A stretch of DNA of 64,000 nucleotides from Acidobacteriota bacterium (GCA_963666215.2 CAXWPL010000005.1:1536001-1600000); one strand, 5' to 3'. Shown: positions 50,281 through 61,772, counted from the stretch's first letter. Numbers and translations are program-made. The notes: a model not told the origin generated them from the sequence alone.

Positions 50281-51028
50281 TTGAGCGCTACATTCTGGTG
50301 GATCCTCGGCAGCGGGCTTGTGATGAGCTCGTTTGCTCTCGTCGGCGCAGTCGGACTTCTGGTCGAGGAAAGGACCTTGCGCCGCTTCCTGCTGCCGCTA
50401 GTGGCGCTCGCCGCAGGCTCCCTTCTCGGCGGCGCCTTTTTCCACATGATCCCTGCAGGCGTGGATACTCTGGGCAACACGACGGCTCTCTGGGTCTGGG
50501 TAACGCTGGGTTTCGTTACCTTTTTTTGCTTCGAACAGTTTCTTCACTACCACCACTGCCACAGCGCTACCCACGACCACAGGCATCCGGTGGGGCACAT
50601 GATTCTCTTCGCCGACACGCCACAACTTCGTCGGTGGTCTGGCGGTAGAGGGAGCTTTCTTGGTCGACACCCGGGTTGGGATCACGGCTTGGCTGGCTGC
50701 GGCCAGTCACGAGATCCCCCAGGAGCTTGGCGACTTTGGAGCTCTCGTTCACGCCGGCTGGAGTCGCCGCGCGGCGCTTCTTTTCAACGGGCTCTCCGGT
50801 CTCGGGTTTCTGGCCGGCGGCATGTCCACCCTATTGCTGTCCCGCGGTGCGGACGTCCGCTTCCTGGTCCCCTTTGCGGCCGGGAACTTCATCTACATTG
50901 CTTGTGCGGATCTGGTCCCGGAAATCAATCGACATGAAGATTGGCGCACCAATGTGCTTCATTTCCTCGCTTTTGCCAGCGGATTGGGGCTTCTCTTGGG
51001 CGTCAAATTGGCACTTTCGCACTCTTAG
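50281..51028 (+). pseudogene. ZIP-family metal transporter, frameshift near 50620
   Basis: ALAAGSLLG.AF.H, His-rich loop, D..HNF..G broken, then HEIPQELGDF and GNFIYIA..DL.PE in the next frame. Confidence 0.85.
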
Positions 51029-51063
51029 TGCTCAATTTTTTGTCAACTGAACGCGAAAACGCC

Positions 51064-51092
51064 TTGACGGGAGCTCCTGAATGATCTATAGT
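51064..51092 (+). promoter_or_regulatory. Sigma70-type promoter of carD
   Basis: TTGACG-N17-TATAGT. Confidence 0.7.
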
Positions 51093-51183
51093 TCTGTTCC
51101 TAAGTCTTGTCCCTCCAATACTTTACTTTGAATCTCCCCGCCCGTCTCCTGGGCCCAACGCGTCGACATCGGAAAGGATTTCT

Positions 51184-51699
51184 GTGGCATTCAAGATAGG
51201 TCAGAAAATCGTGTATCCGAATCACGGGGTCGGCGTTGTCGAGAAGATCGAAGACGGGGATATTGCAGGTCTGGAGCAGACCTTCTACCACCTTCGTCTG
51301 CTCACGAACGACTCGAAAGTCATGGTCCCGATCGACAACCTCGACCTGGTCGGTCTACGCAGCCTCGGTGGCAAAACAGAGATTCGCGACCTCTTCAAAG
51401 TTCTCGAGAACGGCGATATCGATACCTATAAAGACTGGAAGGGCCGCTACAAGCAGAATCTCGACAAGATGAAGACCGGGCGGCTCATCGACGTTGCTGA
51501 AGTGCTCAAGAATCTGCGCTTGGTCAGTCAAAAGAAGAGTCTCTCCTTCCGCGAAAAGAAGATGTATGAGCGCGCCAAGCAGTTCATCGTCAGTGAGATA
51601 TCCCATGTGCAGGACATGGAAGCCACCGATGCGGCGAAGAAGGTCGAGAAGTCTCTCGAGGAAAGCCTGGCCAAGAGGGTCCAGGCTGAGGCGAGCTAG
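51184..51699 (+). CDS. carD: CarD/CdnL-family transcription factor
   Basis: FKIGQKIVYPNHGVG, VMVP, WKGRYK.N..K...G, LSFREKKM. Confidence 0.92.
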   Translation: MAFKIGQKIVYPNHGVGVVEKIEDGDIAGLEQTFYHLRLLTNDSKVMVPIDNLDLVGLRSLGGKTEIRDLFKVLENGDIDTYKDWKGRYKQNLDKMKTGRLIDVAEVLKNLRLVSQKKSLSFREKKMYERAKQFIVSEISHVQDMEATDAAKKVEKSLEESLAKRVQAEAS

Positions 51700-51728
51700 G
51701 AGCCGAACGCCGGCCTCGAGACCGGAGC

Positions 51729-52037
51729 GTGACGAGACTCCTAGCGATCCTCCTGTTCCTGGTGCTCGCCTGGGTGGGGTTGCAGCGAGCGCTAGCCCGC
51801 TTTCGCCTGTCGCCCCTTGCACGTCAGCTCATCGCCATCTTCCGGGCCTTGAACGGAGCGCAGCGTCGTCAGCCGGGAGCCTCGCAAGGGCCGTCTTCGC
51901 CGCGAGCGGCTCCGGCGCAGCTGGTCCGTTGTCGGGTGTGCAGCACCCACATCCCCGCGGAGCGAGCGGTTCGGTCTCAAAGTGGGGAAGCCGCCTATTG
52001 CTCTGAGGAGTGCCTGCGCGAGGCGGCTGCCAGTTGA
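51729..52037 (+). CDS. Small membrane protein with C..C/H..CS..C motif (PP0621-like)
   Basis: N-terminal TM, LVRCRVCSTHIP..RA, YCSEEC. Confidence 0.7.
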   Translation: MTRLLAILLFLVLAWVGLQRALARFRLSPLARQLIAIFRALNGAQRRQPGASQGPSSPRAAPAQLVRCRVCSTHIPAERAVRSQSGEAAYCSEECLREAAAS

Positions 52038-54484
52038 GCGAGGTCGCGGCGGCCCCTTCACAGCCGGCCCGTTTCGCTGAAGTAGCGGTTCCGATTCCGC
52101 TTCACGGTGCCCTCACCTACGCCATTCCCGAGCCACTACTTGGCTTCGTTCAGCCAGGATGTCGCGTGCGAGTCCCGGTGGGGAAGCGACACCTCACCGG
52201 AATCGTAGTTGACCTCGTGGATGCGGCGCCGGTCGCCATCGAGGAGGTGCGCGAGATCGAGGACCTCCTCGACCCGACCCCGGTCCTCACCGAGGAGATG
52301 CTGCGCCTCGCTGCCTTCGTTTCCGAGTACTACGTAGCGCCCTTGGGGGAGACCCTGCGTGGCGCGGTGCCCGCCCGCTTGCCGGCCTGGGGAGCGGCCC
52401 GCCTGCGGCTGACTCGCAAGGGCGCCTTCCTGCCATCGAGCGACGAGGGAGACTTACCGATACTGCAGACCCTGCTCGAGATGGGAGAGCTGAGCCTCGC
52501 CGAGCTACGGCGGCGAATCAGCGCCCCCGACTTGGAGCGAAGGATCGAAGAGCTCAAGGAGCGCGGCCTGGTCTCCCTGGAGAGCAAGGAGGGCTCGAGG
52601 GGGCGCTACCGCAGCGCCGTGGAGCTACCCGCGGGCGTCCTCGCGGATCAGCTCGAAGCCTGCGGTAGGTCTCAGCAGGCGCGAGGGGTGGTCGAGTACC
52701 TTGCCAGCCTAGAGCGGCCCGCTACCGTCGACGAGGTCGTTCGCGAGGTCTCCTGCGGAGCCAGCGTAGTGCGCAGGTTGGTTCAGCTCAGGGTACTGCG
52801 CTCTTTCACCCAGCTCGAGCACGTGCCTCTGGATCGGCACCTCACGGCCGCCAAAGCGCGGATCGAGCACCAGCTCACCGACGAACAGGGGAGCGCGCTG
52901 GCGGCTCTCGAAGGCGCGATCGAGATCGGGGCGTACTGCGGATTTCTGCTTCGAGGCGTGACTGGATCCGGCAAGAGTGAGGTTTATCTGAGGGCAGCGA
53001 AGCGGGTTCTCGACAAGGGTGGGGCTGTAATTCTGCTGGTCCCGGAAATCTCCCTGGTTCCGGCCCTTGCCTCCGAAGCCAAGGGGCGCTTTGGCGAGGA
53101 ATTGGCGATTCTCCATTCAGCGCTCAGCGAAAGTGAGAAAGCTCAGGAGTGGGAACGGGCTCGATCGGGGAGAGCGCGAGTGGTCCTCGGGCCGCGTTCG
53201 GCGGTATTCGCACCGGTTCCCAATCTGGGATTGGTGGTTGTCGACGAGGAGCACGACTCGTCTTTCAAGCAGGAGCACACCCCGCGCTACAACGCCAGAG
53301 ACCTCGCACTGGTTCGAGCGCGGCAGGCGGGGGCAGTCTGTGTGCTGGTTTCGGCAACGCCCAGCTTGGAGAGTCGCTACAACGTAGAGAGCGCAAAACT
53401 GTCGGGCCTGGACCTACCACGCCGAGTCGGAGGGGCGACCTTGCCGGAGGGCATCTTGGTGGACCTGAGGAAAGAGGCCACCGAAAGCCGAAAGCCCGGA
53501 GAGATCCAGTTCTCCGGCCGTCTCCTCGAAGAGATTGAGCGATCCCTGGCCGCGAAGGAGCAAATCATTCTTCTGCGCAACCGCCGGGGCTACGCTCCGG
53601 TCCTTCTTTGTCGGGCCTGCGGCGACAAGCTCGAGTGTGACGACTGCGGTCTGCCTCGAACCTTTCATCGCAGAGACAGTCGCCTGGTCTGCCACTACTG
53701 TGGCTCGACCCGAGGGGTGCCCGAGGTCTGCCCGAGCTGCGGAGAAAGAGCTTTCGAGCCTGTGGGCTCGGGGACCGAAAGGATCGAAGAACGCATCAAG
53801 GAGCTCTACCCCGGTGTGCCGATCGACGTGCTCGATCGCGATGCGAGTCGACGACCGGGTGGAGCCGCAGTGGTGTTGGATCGTTTCGGAGCAGGGGAGA
53901 CCCGGATCCTGGTGGGCACCCAGATGGTGGCGAAGGGCCATCACTTCCCTGGAGTCGCTCTGACCGCGGTGCTTTCGGCCGATAGTTATCTTGGCTTCCC
54001 GGACTTTCGGGCAGTGGAGAGGACCTATTCTCTTCTCACCCAGCTGGCCGGACGGGCGGGCCGAGGGACAACGCCGGGTCGAGTGGTGGTGCAGACCTAC
54101 TACCCCGACCACTACGCCATCAAGGCGGCGCTTCGCCACGACGATCGCTCCTTCGCGGCCGAAGAGAGGCGCTTTCGGGAGACCTTCGGCTACCCCCCCT
54201 TCTCGCGCATGCTCCAAGTGATCATTCGCGGGCGCAACCGCCAGTCGACTCGTGAGAAGGTCCAGGCCTTCGCTCAACGCCTTCGTGCCCACCCGCTGGC
54301 ACGCGAGACGCGCATCTCGGGGCCCGCTCCGGCACCGTTGGAAAGGTTGAAGGGCTACTGGCGCTTTCAGCTACTGTTGCGGCACGGCTCGAGCCGCCGG
54401 CTGCGCGAGCTGGTGACAGCGACAATGCCAGAGGACCAGCGCGCCAATGTGGTGATCGACGTCGACCCACAGGATCTGTTCTAG
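52034..54484 (+). CDS. priA: Primosomal protein N'
   Basis: GVTGSGKSEVY, LVPEI, DEEHD, SATPS, RRGYAP, Zn fingers, GTQMVAKG, QLAGRAGR, DVDP. Confidence 0.96.
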   Translation: MSEVAAAPSQPARFAEVAVPIPLHGALTYAIPEPLLGFVQPGCRVRVPVGKRHLTGIVVDLVDAAPVAIEEVREIEDLLDPTPVLTEEMLRLAAFVSEYYVAPLGETLRGAVPARLPAWGAARLRLTRKGAFLPSSDEGDLPILQTLLEMGELSLAELRRRISAPDLERRIEELKERGLVSLESKEGSRGRYRSAVELPAGVLADQLEACGRSQQARGVVEYLASLERPATVDEVVREVSCGASVVRRLVQLRVLRSFTQLEHVPLDRHLTAAKARIEHQLTDEQGSALAALEGAIEIGAYCGFLLRGVTGSGKSEVYLRAAKRVLDKGGAVILLVPEISLVPALASEAKGRFGEELAILHSALSESEKAQEWERARSGRARVVLGPRSAVFAPVPNLGLVVVDEEHDSSFKQEHTPRYNARDLALVRARQAGAVCVLVSATPSLESRYNVESAKLSGLDLPRRVGGATLPEGILVDLRKEATESRKPGEIQFSGRLLEEIERSLAAKEQIILLRNRRGYAPVLLCRACGDKLECDDCGLPRTFHRRDSRLVCHYCGSTRGVPEVCPSCGERAFEPVGSGTERIEERIKELYPGVPIDVLDRDASRRPGGAAVVLDRFGAGETRILVGTQMVAKGHHFPGVALTAVLSADSYLGFPDFRAVERTYSLLTQLAGRAGRGTTPGRVVVQTYYPDHYAIKAALRHDDRSFAAEERRFRETFGYPPFSRMLQVIIRGRNRQSTREKVQAFAQRLRAHPLARETRISGPAPAPLERLKGYWRFQLLLRHGSSRRLRELVTATMPEDQRANVVIDVDPQDLF

Positions 54485-54532
54485 GCGGCCACCAGAGCCT
54501 TCCGCAACGGCGATCGCTCGATCGCGATCGTT

Positions 54533-54859
54533 TTGCTGGTTGACCCTCCTTTCTTTCGGCGTTCTCGGAGAGGAGTTGAGCTGGGGACAGCGTATCTTCG
54601 GATGGTCGACGCCGGCGTCCTGGCACGAGCTCAACTACCAGGCGTCTCGGTCCTCATCGGGCGTCGGCTCGATCTCGGTGGCCTCGCCCCCGGTCCCGAG
54701 CTACTGATCCCCGCCGCGACGGTGCTCGTCGCCAACTACGGATTCGATGCCAGACTCGTCGAGGCGGAGGTTACGGAGCTCCAGCTCTTCCTCTGCCTCG
54801 CTCTCTACGCGGCGCATCAGTGGCGACTTCGGAAGCTCGGCGATCGCTCGGCTCCTTGA
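54533..54859 (+). CDS. Hypothetical membrane protein
   Basis: Same-strand ORF between priA and accA with hydrophobic segments. Start uncertain. Confidence 0.4.
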   Translation: MLVDPPFFRRSRRGVELGTAYLRMVDAGVLARAQLPGVSVLIGRRLDLGGLAPGPELLIPAATVLVANYGFDARLVEAEVTELQLFLCLALYAAHQWRLRKLGDRSAP

Positions 54860-54891
54860 CCTGTGATCCAGGCGCTTGCTAACTTGCCCGC

Positions 54892-55845
54892 GTGGCGGAA
54901 CATAGCCCAGCGTTCGACGCACCCCTGAGCGATCTGCGCAAGCGTATCGAGGAGCTCGAGGCCTACCCGGCGGCAGCGGGGGCGGAGCGCGAGCTGGAGA
55001 AATTGCGTAAAGAGCTGCGGCGGAGCACGAGGGAGGCCTACCATGGCCTGAGCGCTTGGGAAAAGACTCGCATCGCCCGCGACTTCGAGCGCCCCTATAC
55101 TCTCGATTTCGTCAGCGGTTTGATGTCCGACTGGGTAGAGCTGCACGGAGACCGAGCCTTCGGCGACGACACCTCCATGATCTCGGGTCTTGCCACTTTT
55201 CGAGGCCGCTCCATCGCGGTCGTGGGCCACGAGAAGGGACGAGGCACGACCGAACGCATTCACCGCAACTTCGGCCAGGCCCGACCTGAGGGTCACCGCA
55301 AGGCGCTGCGAGTGATGGAGCTCGCCGCTCGTTTCGGACTGCCGATCGTTTCTTTCATCGACACCCCCGGTGCCTACCCGGGTATGGGAGCAGAGGAGCG
55401 GGGGCAAGCCGAGAGCATCGCTCGTAACCTCATCGAGATGGCGGGGCTTCCGGTTCCGATCGTCGCCGTCATCACCGGCGAAGGTTGGAGTGGCGGCGCA
55501 CTGGCGCTGGCGGTCGCCGATCGAATCTTGATGCTCGAATACGCGGTCCACTCGGTCATCACTCCCGAGGGTTGTGCTGCGATTCTTTGGCGCGATCAAG
55601 AGAAGAAGACCGAAGCCGCCGAAGCTCTCAAGATCACCGGGCCCGACCTGGTGGACCTCGGAGTCATCGACGAAGTGGTCCCCGAGCCCCTCGGTGGCGC
55701 TCAGGCGGACCACGCGGAGGCCTGCCTGCTGCTCGGCGACCGCTTGGACGCCCAGCTCCGCAAGCTCGAGAGCCTCGACCCACAGAGGCTTCTCGACCGC
55801 CGTTATCGGAAGTACCGCGAGATCGGCAGCTTCAACGAGAGGTAG
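54892..55845 (+). CDS. accA: Acetyl-CoA carboxylase carboxyltransferase alpha
   Basis: RPYTLD, ELHGDR.FGDD, NFG...PEG.RKA, DTPGAYPG..AEERGQ, SVITPEGCAAILW. Confidence 0.96.
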   Translation: MAEHSPAFDAPLSDLRKRIEELEAYPAAAGAERELEKLRKELRRSTREAYHGLSAWEKTRIARDFERPYTLDFVSGLMSDWVELHGDRAFGDDTSMISGLATFRGRSIAVVGHEKGRGTTERIHRNFGQARPEGHRKALRVMELAARFGLPIVSFIDTPGAYPGMGAEERGQAESIARNLIEMAGLPVPIVAVITGEGWSGGALALAVADRILMLEYAVHSVITPEGCAAILWRDQEKKTEAAEALKITGPDLVDLGVIDEVVPEPLGGAQADHAEACLLLGDRLDAQLRKLESLDPQRLLDRRYRKYREIGSFNER

Positions 55846-57528
55846 GTCGTTACGCTCGCTGACGATTGGTCGCAAAAGCCGACTCCCCCCGAGACGGCTC
55901 GGCTTCTCGCCGAAGGCATAGCGGCCCGTCTGGCGCCGCTTCTCGCTCGCCGCGGCATTCACGATGCCGAGGCGGCGCGAAGCTTCTTTGATCCCTCTAT
56001 TTCGGGGCTCCACGACCCATTTTTGCTGCACGGCATGAACGAGTCCGTCGAGCGGCTCTTTCAGGCCCGGGAGCAGGGCGAGCGGGTTGCTATCGTCGGT
56101 GACTACGATGTAGATGGGGTCAGCGGAACTGCGCTCCTAGTGGCGGTTCTGAGCGCCTGTGGAATTGCTGTCGAGGCGATCCTTCCGAACCGGCTGGTCG
56201 ACGGCTACGGCTTTCGGGCCCCTCAGGTAGAGCGCGCCAAGGAGGCTGGCTGCAGCGTCATCGTTACCGTGGATTGCGGGACCACTTCAGCGCCGGCGGT
56301 GGCGATGGCTCGCGAGGAAGGTCTCGAGGTGATCATTACCGATCACCATCTCCCGTCTTCCGACCTACCCACGGAGACTCTCCAGATCAACCCTCGGCAG
56401 CAGGAGTGTAGCTACCCGTTCGCCGATCTCTCGGGAGCGGGCCTAGCGCTCAAACTGGCGCAGGCGGTGGCGCATAGGTGCGGTCGCGATACTCCGATCG
56501 AGCCACTCCTGCGAGTCGCCTGCCTTGGCACCATTGCCGATTTGGTTCCACTCGTGGGCGAGAATCGAATCATCGCCTCGCTCGGACTCAAGGCTCTCGA
56601 GCAGACTCGATCACTCGGTCTTCGCGCGCTGATGCGAATCTCGCGAGTACGCCCACCTTTTCGCGCTTCCGACGTCGGATTTCGGCTCGGCCCGCGCCTC
56701 AATGCCGCCGGCCGCCTCCGCCGCCCCGACGAAGCGCTCGAGCTGCTGCTCACTCGCGACGAAGATCGAGCGAACCGACTGGCGGAGGAGCTCGACCAGT
56801 GCAACACCGAGCGCCGCGCCGAAGAGGTCAAGGCGGCGTCTGAAGCTCATAAGCTCTTCGCCGAAAGGGATCCGCTTCCTCAGATCCTGGTCGGATGGAG
56901 CGAGACTTGGCATCGGGGTGTGGTTGGAATCGCTGCTTCGCGCATCGCCAGGGCCTTTCACCGCCCGACGGTGTTGCTCGCGATCGACGGAGACGAGGCC
57001 GTCGGCTCGGGCCGTAGCGTTCCAGGCATCTCACTCCATGCTTTCTTGGTCCAGTGGGAAGAGGAGCTCGAGCGTTTCGGCGGTCATGCCCAGGCGATCG
57101 GAATGAGTGTCGCCGTCGACAAACTCGAAAGTCTTCGCGAGCACTGGGAGAGCGTGGCCGACTGGCCCGAAGAACTGTTGCGGCGGCGAGAGCACTACGA
57201 GCTCGAGCTTGACCCGTCCGAGGTCAATGAAGAGCTGCTCGCCGAGCTTCGCTCTTTCGAGCCTCATGGCATGGACAATCCACAGCCGATACTGCGCGTG
57301 GGGCCCCTGACTGCGACGAGCCCGCCAAGAGAGTTCGGGAGGGGGCATCTCAAACTGCGTGCGACCGGCGATAGCGGCGGCGAGGTCAATCTTCTCTGCT
57401 GGAAGCGCGAAGGTCAGCCGGCCCCAGATTTTTCTGGGCGCTTCGAAGTGCTTGCCCGCCTAGAGTGGGATTCCTACGCTCGAGCACCGGTACTCGAGAT
57501 ACAGGCCGCACGACCGCTGGGTGGATAG
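55846..57528 (+). CDS. recJ: ssDNA-specific exonuclease RecJ (start codon unclear)
   Basis: LARRGI, LHDPFLL.GM, GDYDVDG, PNR..DGYG, TVDCG, TDHH, GTIAD, PRLNAAGR, GSGRS, GGH..A.G. Confidence 0.93.
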   Translation, partial: VVTLADDWSQKPTPPETARLLAEGIAARLAPLLARRGIHDAEAARSFFDPSISGLHDPFLLHGMNESVERLFQAREQGERVAIVGDYDVDGVSGTALLVAVLSACGIAVEAILPNRLVDGYGFRAPQVERAKEAGCSVIVTVDCGTTSAPAVAMAREEGLEVIITDHHLPSSDLPTETLQINPRQQECSYPFADLSGAGLALKLAQAVAHRCGRDTPIEPLLRVACLGTIADLVPLVGENRIIASLGLKALEQTRSLGLRALMRISRVRPPFRASDVGFRLGPRLNAAGRLRRPDEALELLLTRDEDRANRLAEELDQCNTERRAEEVKAASEAHKLFAERDPLPQILVGWSETWHRGVVGIAASRIARAFHRPTVLLAIDGDEAVGSGRSVPGISLHAFLVQWEEELERFGGHAQAIGMSVAVDKLESLREHWESVADWPEELLRRREHYELELDPSEVNEELLAELRSFEPHGMDNPQPILRVGPLTATSPPREFGRGHLKLRATGDSGGEVNLLCWKREGQPAPDFSGRFEVLARLEWDSYARAPVLEIQAARPLGG

Positions 57529-57537
57529 AATCAGCTT

Positions 57538-59556
57538 GTGTCTGCGCGATCGCATCAGATTGTCATCCGACTGCTACGGGGATCTCTAGCGCTGGGGTTT
57601 CTGTGCTTCCTCGGAGTGGTCGGTCTCTATCTCTTTGGAAGGACGGGCCGTCCCGAATCAGCTGAGCAGATCAATCGCACGAACTCCTCATCCAGCGACA
57701 CCGAGTTTGCCATTCGGACCGAAGGTTTCGAGTTCGCGCTGACTCGTGGAAATCAGGTGGTCTTCGAGATCGAGGGCGGAGAGCAGGTGACCGGTCGCGA
57801 CGGCAAGGTGCACCTCAAAGAAGTAGCCATTTCGATTGCCCGCAAGGACGGGATGTACAAAGTGGAAGGAGCCGAGGCTCTGTTCAATCCGGATACCAAC
57901 GACGCGCGTCTCGAGGGCAACGTCGTCGTTCGCGGACCTCGCGGGCTGAGGGTCGAGACCGACTGGCTCGACCTTGGCGAAGGAGGCCGCAGCCTCCACG
58001 CCAGGAATGGAGTCCGTTTCCGCTCCGAGGACGGGATCGAGGGCAGCTCAGACGAACTGCGCGCCGATCTCGAGGGAAGGGCGATGGAGATGGCAGGCAA
58101 CGTCGTGGTCAGCAGCACCTCGCAGGCCCAAACGCCTTTCAGGTTGGAAGCCCGTGAGCTTTCGATGATGCAGGGTGGCTCATCGCTCAATGCTCGCGGA
58201 GACGTGACCCTGATCAGTCGCGGCGATCGCATGCTCGCCCAGCGGCTGAACATTCTTCTAGACCCCGACACTCGAGAGGTCACATTGCTGCGATTTCGGT
58301 CGCAGGTGCGGGGCCAGTTGGTTTCTTGGAAGGCGGGGCAGGTGAGTGGGAAGGCCGCCGCGGGAGCGCTCGCGCTGCGAGGTACATCCCTGACTCTCCG
58401 CTTCGACGCGGTGAGTGGAGAACCCACCGAATTCGAGCTCCACGGTCTGAGAAGGAGACCGGCACTGGTGCGACAAGTGCAACCCAATGGCAGAGTGTCG
58501 AGCCTCAGTGTCGGTGCGATGACCTCCACCCTGATCGGCGGGGTCCTCACTCAAGCCCAGCTTTCGGGCCCGGTCGAGATCGTCGAGCGTGGCGCCGGAG
58601 GCGAGCAGAGAAAGGCACAGGCCCTCGACGGCGAGGTGCGTTTCGACCCGGATACCGGAGACATCTCCGGCCTGACGTTGGTCGGCGAAGTGGTCATCGA
58701 GGACGAGGAGATCTTGGCCTGGGGAGATCGTGCCTATCTCACCGCGAACGGAGAGGATGTGGAGATACTGGGCAGCCCGTGCAGAATCGAGCATTCTCGA
58801 GGTGAGCTCGAGAGTCCTCGGGCTGTATTTCGCAAAAGTGCGGGAGTCCTGCGCGCGCAAGAGGGTGTGACGACGATCCTCCGCGCCGGCAACGAAGCCA
58901 GCGGACTCCGACTGGGCGCCGGGGGAGGGGACGAGCCGGTTCACGTGCAGTCCGAAGAGGCGATCTGGCACACCGCGGACGAGCAGGTCGTCTTTACCCG
59001 TTCGGTTCGCGCCTGGCAGGGGACTAACACGATCTTCGCCGATCAGCTCCGCGGCGAGCCGCGGGCCGGGCGAATGTCGGCGAGCGGCAATGTGCGCACT
59101 CTGTGGCAACCTCCCGAGGAGGAAGACGGTAACGCCGAGGTCGACGAGGATCCGGAGCCTACCGGTCCCATGAACATTACCTCCGATGAGATGACGTACC
59201 GAGAAGGAGACGGTGAGCTGATCTATACCGGTTCGGTACACGCGGAGCAGGCGTGGACCTCGTTGCGGTGCGAGACGCTCCGTGTCCTTCTCGATGAGGA
59301 GGGTGAGACCCGCGAGCTCTACTGCGAGGAGGCAGTCCGCATCGACGACACCCGCAACGGCCGCATCCTCGAAGGAGACGAGGCGGTCTACGACCCCTCG
59401 ACCTTGATGGTTCAGGTCTATGGCAATCCGCTGAAGATGACCGATCGCGAGGGCGGCAAGGTCGAGGGCGGCCGCCACTTCATCTACGACCTCGAGAACG
59501 GAAAGCTTCGTCTCAGCTCGAAGGAAAGAGGCGCTTCAGAGGTAGCGACGCCATGA
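57538..59556 (+). CDS. LptC/LptA (OstA-repeat) fused LPS transport protein
   Basis: N-terminal TM, repeated beta-jellyroll motifs (L.GNV, GD.A.Y, V.G.P); overlaps the lptB start. Confidence 0.8.
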   Translation: MSARSHQIVIRLLRGSLALGFLCFLGVVGLYLFGRTGRPESAEQINRTNSSSSDTEFAIRTEGFEFALTRGNQVVFEIEGGEQVTGRDGKVHLKEVAISIARKDGMYKVEGAEALFNPDTNDARLEGNVVVRGPRGLRVETDWLDLGEGGRSLHARNGVRFRSEDGIEGSSDELRADLEGRAMEMAGNVVVSSTSQAQTPFRLEARELSMMQGGSSLNARGDVTLISRGDRMLAQRLNILLDPDTREVTLLRFRSQVRGQLVSWKAGQVSGKAAAGALALRGTSLTLRFDAVSGEPTEFELHGLRRRPALVRQVQPNGRVSSLSVGAMTSTLIGGVLTQAQLSGPVEIVERGAGGEQRKAQALDGEVRFDPDTGDISGLTLVGEVVIEDEEILAWGDRAYLTANGEDVEILGSPCRIEHSRGELESPRAVFRKSAGVLRAQEGVTTILRAGNEASGLRLGAGGGDEPVHVQSEEAIWHTADEQVVFTRSVRAWQGTNTIFADQLRGEPRAGRMSASGNVRTLWQPPEEEDGNAEVDEDPEPTGPMNITSDEMTYREGDGELIYTGSVHAEQAWTSLRCETLRVLLDEEGETRELYCEEAVRIDDTRNGRILEGDEAVYDPSTLMVQVYGNPLKMTDREGGKVEGGRHFIYDLENGKLRLSSKERGASEVATP

Positions 59557-60281
59557 CGAGCGGCTCGTTGAGCGCCGAGGGCTTGCGAAAGGTCTATCGG
59601 GGGAAAGTGGCGGTCGACGACGTCTCGCTCGAGATCAACCTCGGCGAAATTGTCGGTCTCTTGGGTCCGAACGGCGCCGGAAAGACCACTACCTTCTATA
59701 TGGTCGTCGGTCTCACGCCGCCAGACGCAGGCAAGGTCATACTGAACGGTGAAGACATCACCACCTTGCCGATGTACCTCCGAGCCAAACAGGGAATCAG
59801 CTATCTGCCGCAGGAGCCCTCGGTCTTTAGGCGGATGACGGTGGAGGACAACCTGAGAGCGATTTTCGAGATTCTGGATCTGAGCGCTCAAGAGCGTCGG
59901 CGCCGCACCGAGCAGCTACTGCAGGATTTCGGGCTCGCTCGCGTGCGCGACAATCTGGGACACAATCTGTCCGGCGGCGAGCGGCGGCGGGTAGAGATCG
60001 CGAGGGCCCTGGCGATCAATCCGAGCTACCTGCTCCTCGACGAACCCTTTGCCGGCATCGATCCCATCGCCGTGGAGGACATTCAAGGTATTATCGAACA
60101 CTTGAAGTCGATTGGAATCGGCGTTCTGATCACCGATCACAATGTCCGCGAGACCCTGAAGATCACCGACCGCGCATACATCATCAACAATGGCAAGATT
60201 CTACGAAGCGGCGCCCCCCAAGACCTCTCGCAGGACCCGGAAGTGCGAAAGATCTACCTGGGCGATGACTTCACCCTGTAG
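59553..60281 (+). CDS. lptB: LPS export ABC ATPase
   Basis: [59 protein letters not shown]. Confidence 0.96.
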   Translation: MTSGSLSAEGLRKVYRGKVAVDDVSLEINLGEIVGLLGPNGAGKTTTFYMVVGLTPPDAGKVILNGEDITTLPMYLRAKQGISYLPQEPSVFRRMTVEDNLRAIFEILDLSAQERRRRTEQLLQDFGLARVRDNLGHNLSGGERRRVEIARALAINPSYLLLDEPFAGIDPIAVEDIQGIIEHLKSIGIGVLITDHNVRETLKITDRAYIINNGKILRSGAPQDLSQDPEVRKIYLGDDFTL

Positions 60282-60302
60282 TCGCTAGCCTCGACGAGGC
60301 TC

Positions 60303-61772
60303 ATGGCTCTCGAACAGAAACTATCCCTCAAGCTGCATCAACGACTGGTGATGACGCCGTCGCTTCAGCAGGCGATCAAGCTGCTGCAGATGACGCGGAT
60401 GGAGCTTGAAGGGGCGGTCAGCCAGGAGCTTGAGGAGAATCCCGTCCTCGAAGAGCAAGAGGACGGGCCTGAAGAGGAAGAGACGCCGGAGCCCGAGACC
60501 GCTGCCGATGGGACCCCGGAGGAGAGCGCGGCGGAGGCCGAGGTCGCGGAGCGTGAGTCGATGGAAGACATCGATATCGAGGCTTACTTTCGTGACTATA
60601 TCGAGAGCTCTTCCACGCCGAACAACTACGAGGAAAGGGAGGCGACGGGCCTCGAGAACCGAGTCACTCGTGAGCCGGATCTCTACGATCATCTGCTGTG
60701 GCAATTGCACATGTCGGAGGCGGACCCGGCGACCCGTCAGATCGGCGAGCTGCTGATCGGGAATCTGGAGCCCGACGGTTTTCTGGTAGCCACGCTCGAA
60801 GAGATCAAGGCGATGGGGAATGAGAACGGTACCAAGCAGTTCTCCGACGAACAGATCGAGGCCGCCGAGCAGCTTCTCCAGAGCTTCGATCCACCGGGCG
60901 TGGGGTGCCGTACTCTGCGTGAGAGCCTGCTTATCCAACTCGACTTCGCCGGTGAAGAGGAAGACTCCCTTGCCATGGTCATCGTTCGAGACCACTGGGA
61001 GCTCTTCCTCAAACGTCACTTCCAGGCCCTGGCAAAGACGCTAGTGGTTCCTCTCCGCGATCTCGAGCCCATAGTGGAGGCGATCCGCTGTCTCGAGACC
61101 CATCCCGGACGCCGCTTCAGTACTGAGCGCACGCACTACGTCGAGCCTGACGTGCTGATCGTCAAACTGGATGGCGAGTACGTCATCCAGCTCAACGACG
61201 ACGGTCTTCCACGCCTCCGGGTCTCGCACCACTACCGCCGCCTTCTCCAGCAGTGGCGCTCAGGCAAGCGCCAGTCCGAGGCCCAGCAATACGTCAAGGA
61301 GAAGATGCGCTCAGCGATCTGGTTGATCAAGAGTCTCGATCAACGCCAGCGAACGATATACAAAGTCGCTGAATCCATTGTGCGCCAGCAGCGCGACTTT
61401 CTTGACCGTGGGCTGGATCACCTGAGGCCGATGGTCCTACGCGACGTCGCAGATGACATCGATATGCACGAGTCGACGGTCAGTCGCGTCGTGTCGAACA
61501 AATACATTCATACGCCGCGCGGGCTCTTTCCGATGAAGTTCTTCTTCCACAGCGGCATCGATCGCGAGTACGGCGAGAGCATCTCTTCGCTTATTGTAAA
61601 GCGTAAGATCGGCGCCCTAATCCAAGGTGAGCAGCCAAAACGGCCGCTGTCGGATAGCGAGTTGATGAGAGCGCTCAATCGAGAGGGCATTCATATCGCA
61701 CGACGCACCGTCGCCAAGTATCGCGACGAGCTCGGCATCGCTTCATCGACAGATCGAAAGCAGATTTTTTGA
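60303..61772 (+). CDS. rpoN: RNA polymerase sigma54
   Basis: MTPSLQQAIKLLQ, ENP.LE, MHESTVSR, RpoN box ARRTVAKYR. Confidence 0.97.
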   Translation: MALEQKLSLKLHQRLVMTPSLQQAIKLLQMTRMELEGAVSQELEENPVLEEQEDGPEEEETPEPETAADGTPEESAAEAEVAERESMEDIDIEAYFRDYIESSSTPNNYEEREATGLENRVTREPDLYDHLLWQLHMSEADPATRQIGELLIGNLEPDGFLVATLEEIKAMGNENGTKQFSDEQIEAAEQLLQSFDPPGVGCRTLRESLLIQLDFAGEEEDSLAMVIVRDHWELFLKRHFQALAKTLVVPLRDLEPIVEAIRCLETHPGRRFSTERTHYVEPDVLIVKLDGEYVIQLNDDGLPRLRVSHHYRRLLQQWRSGKRQSEAQQYVKEKMRSAIWLIKSLDQRQRTIYKVAESIVRQQRDFLDRGLDHLRPMVLRDVADDIDMHESTVSRVVSNKYIHTPRGLFPMKFFFHSGIDREYGESISSLIVKRKIGALIQGEQPKRPLSDSELMRALNREGIHIARRTVAKYRDELGIASSTDRKQIF

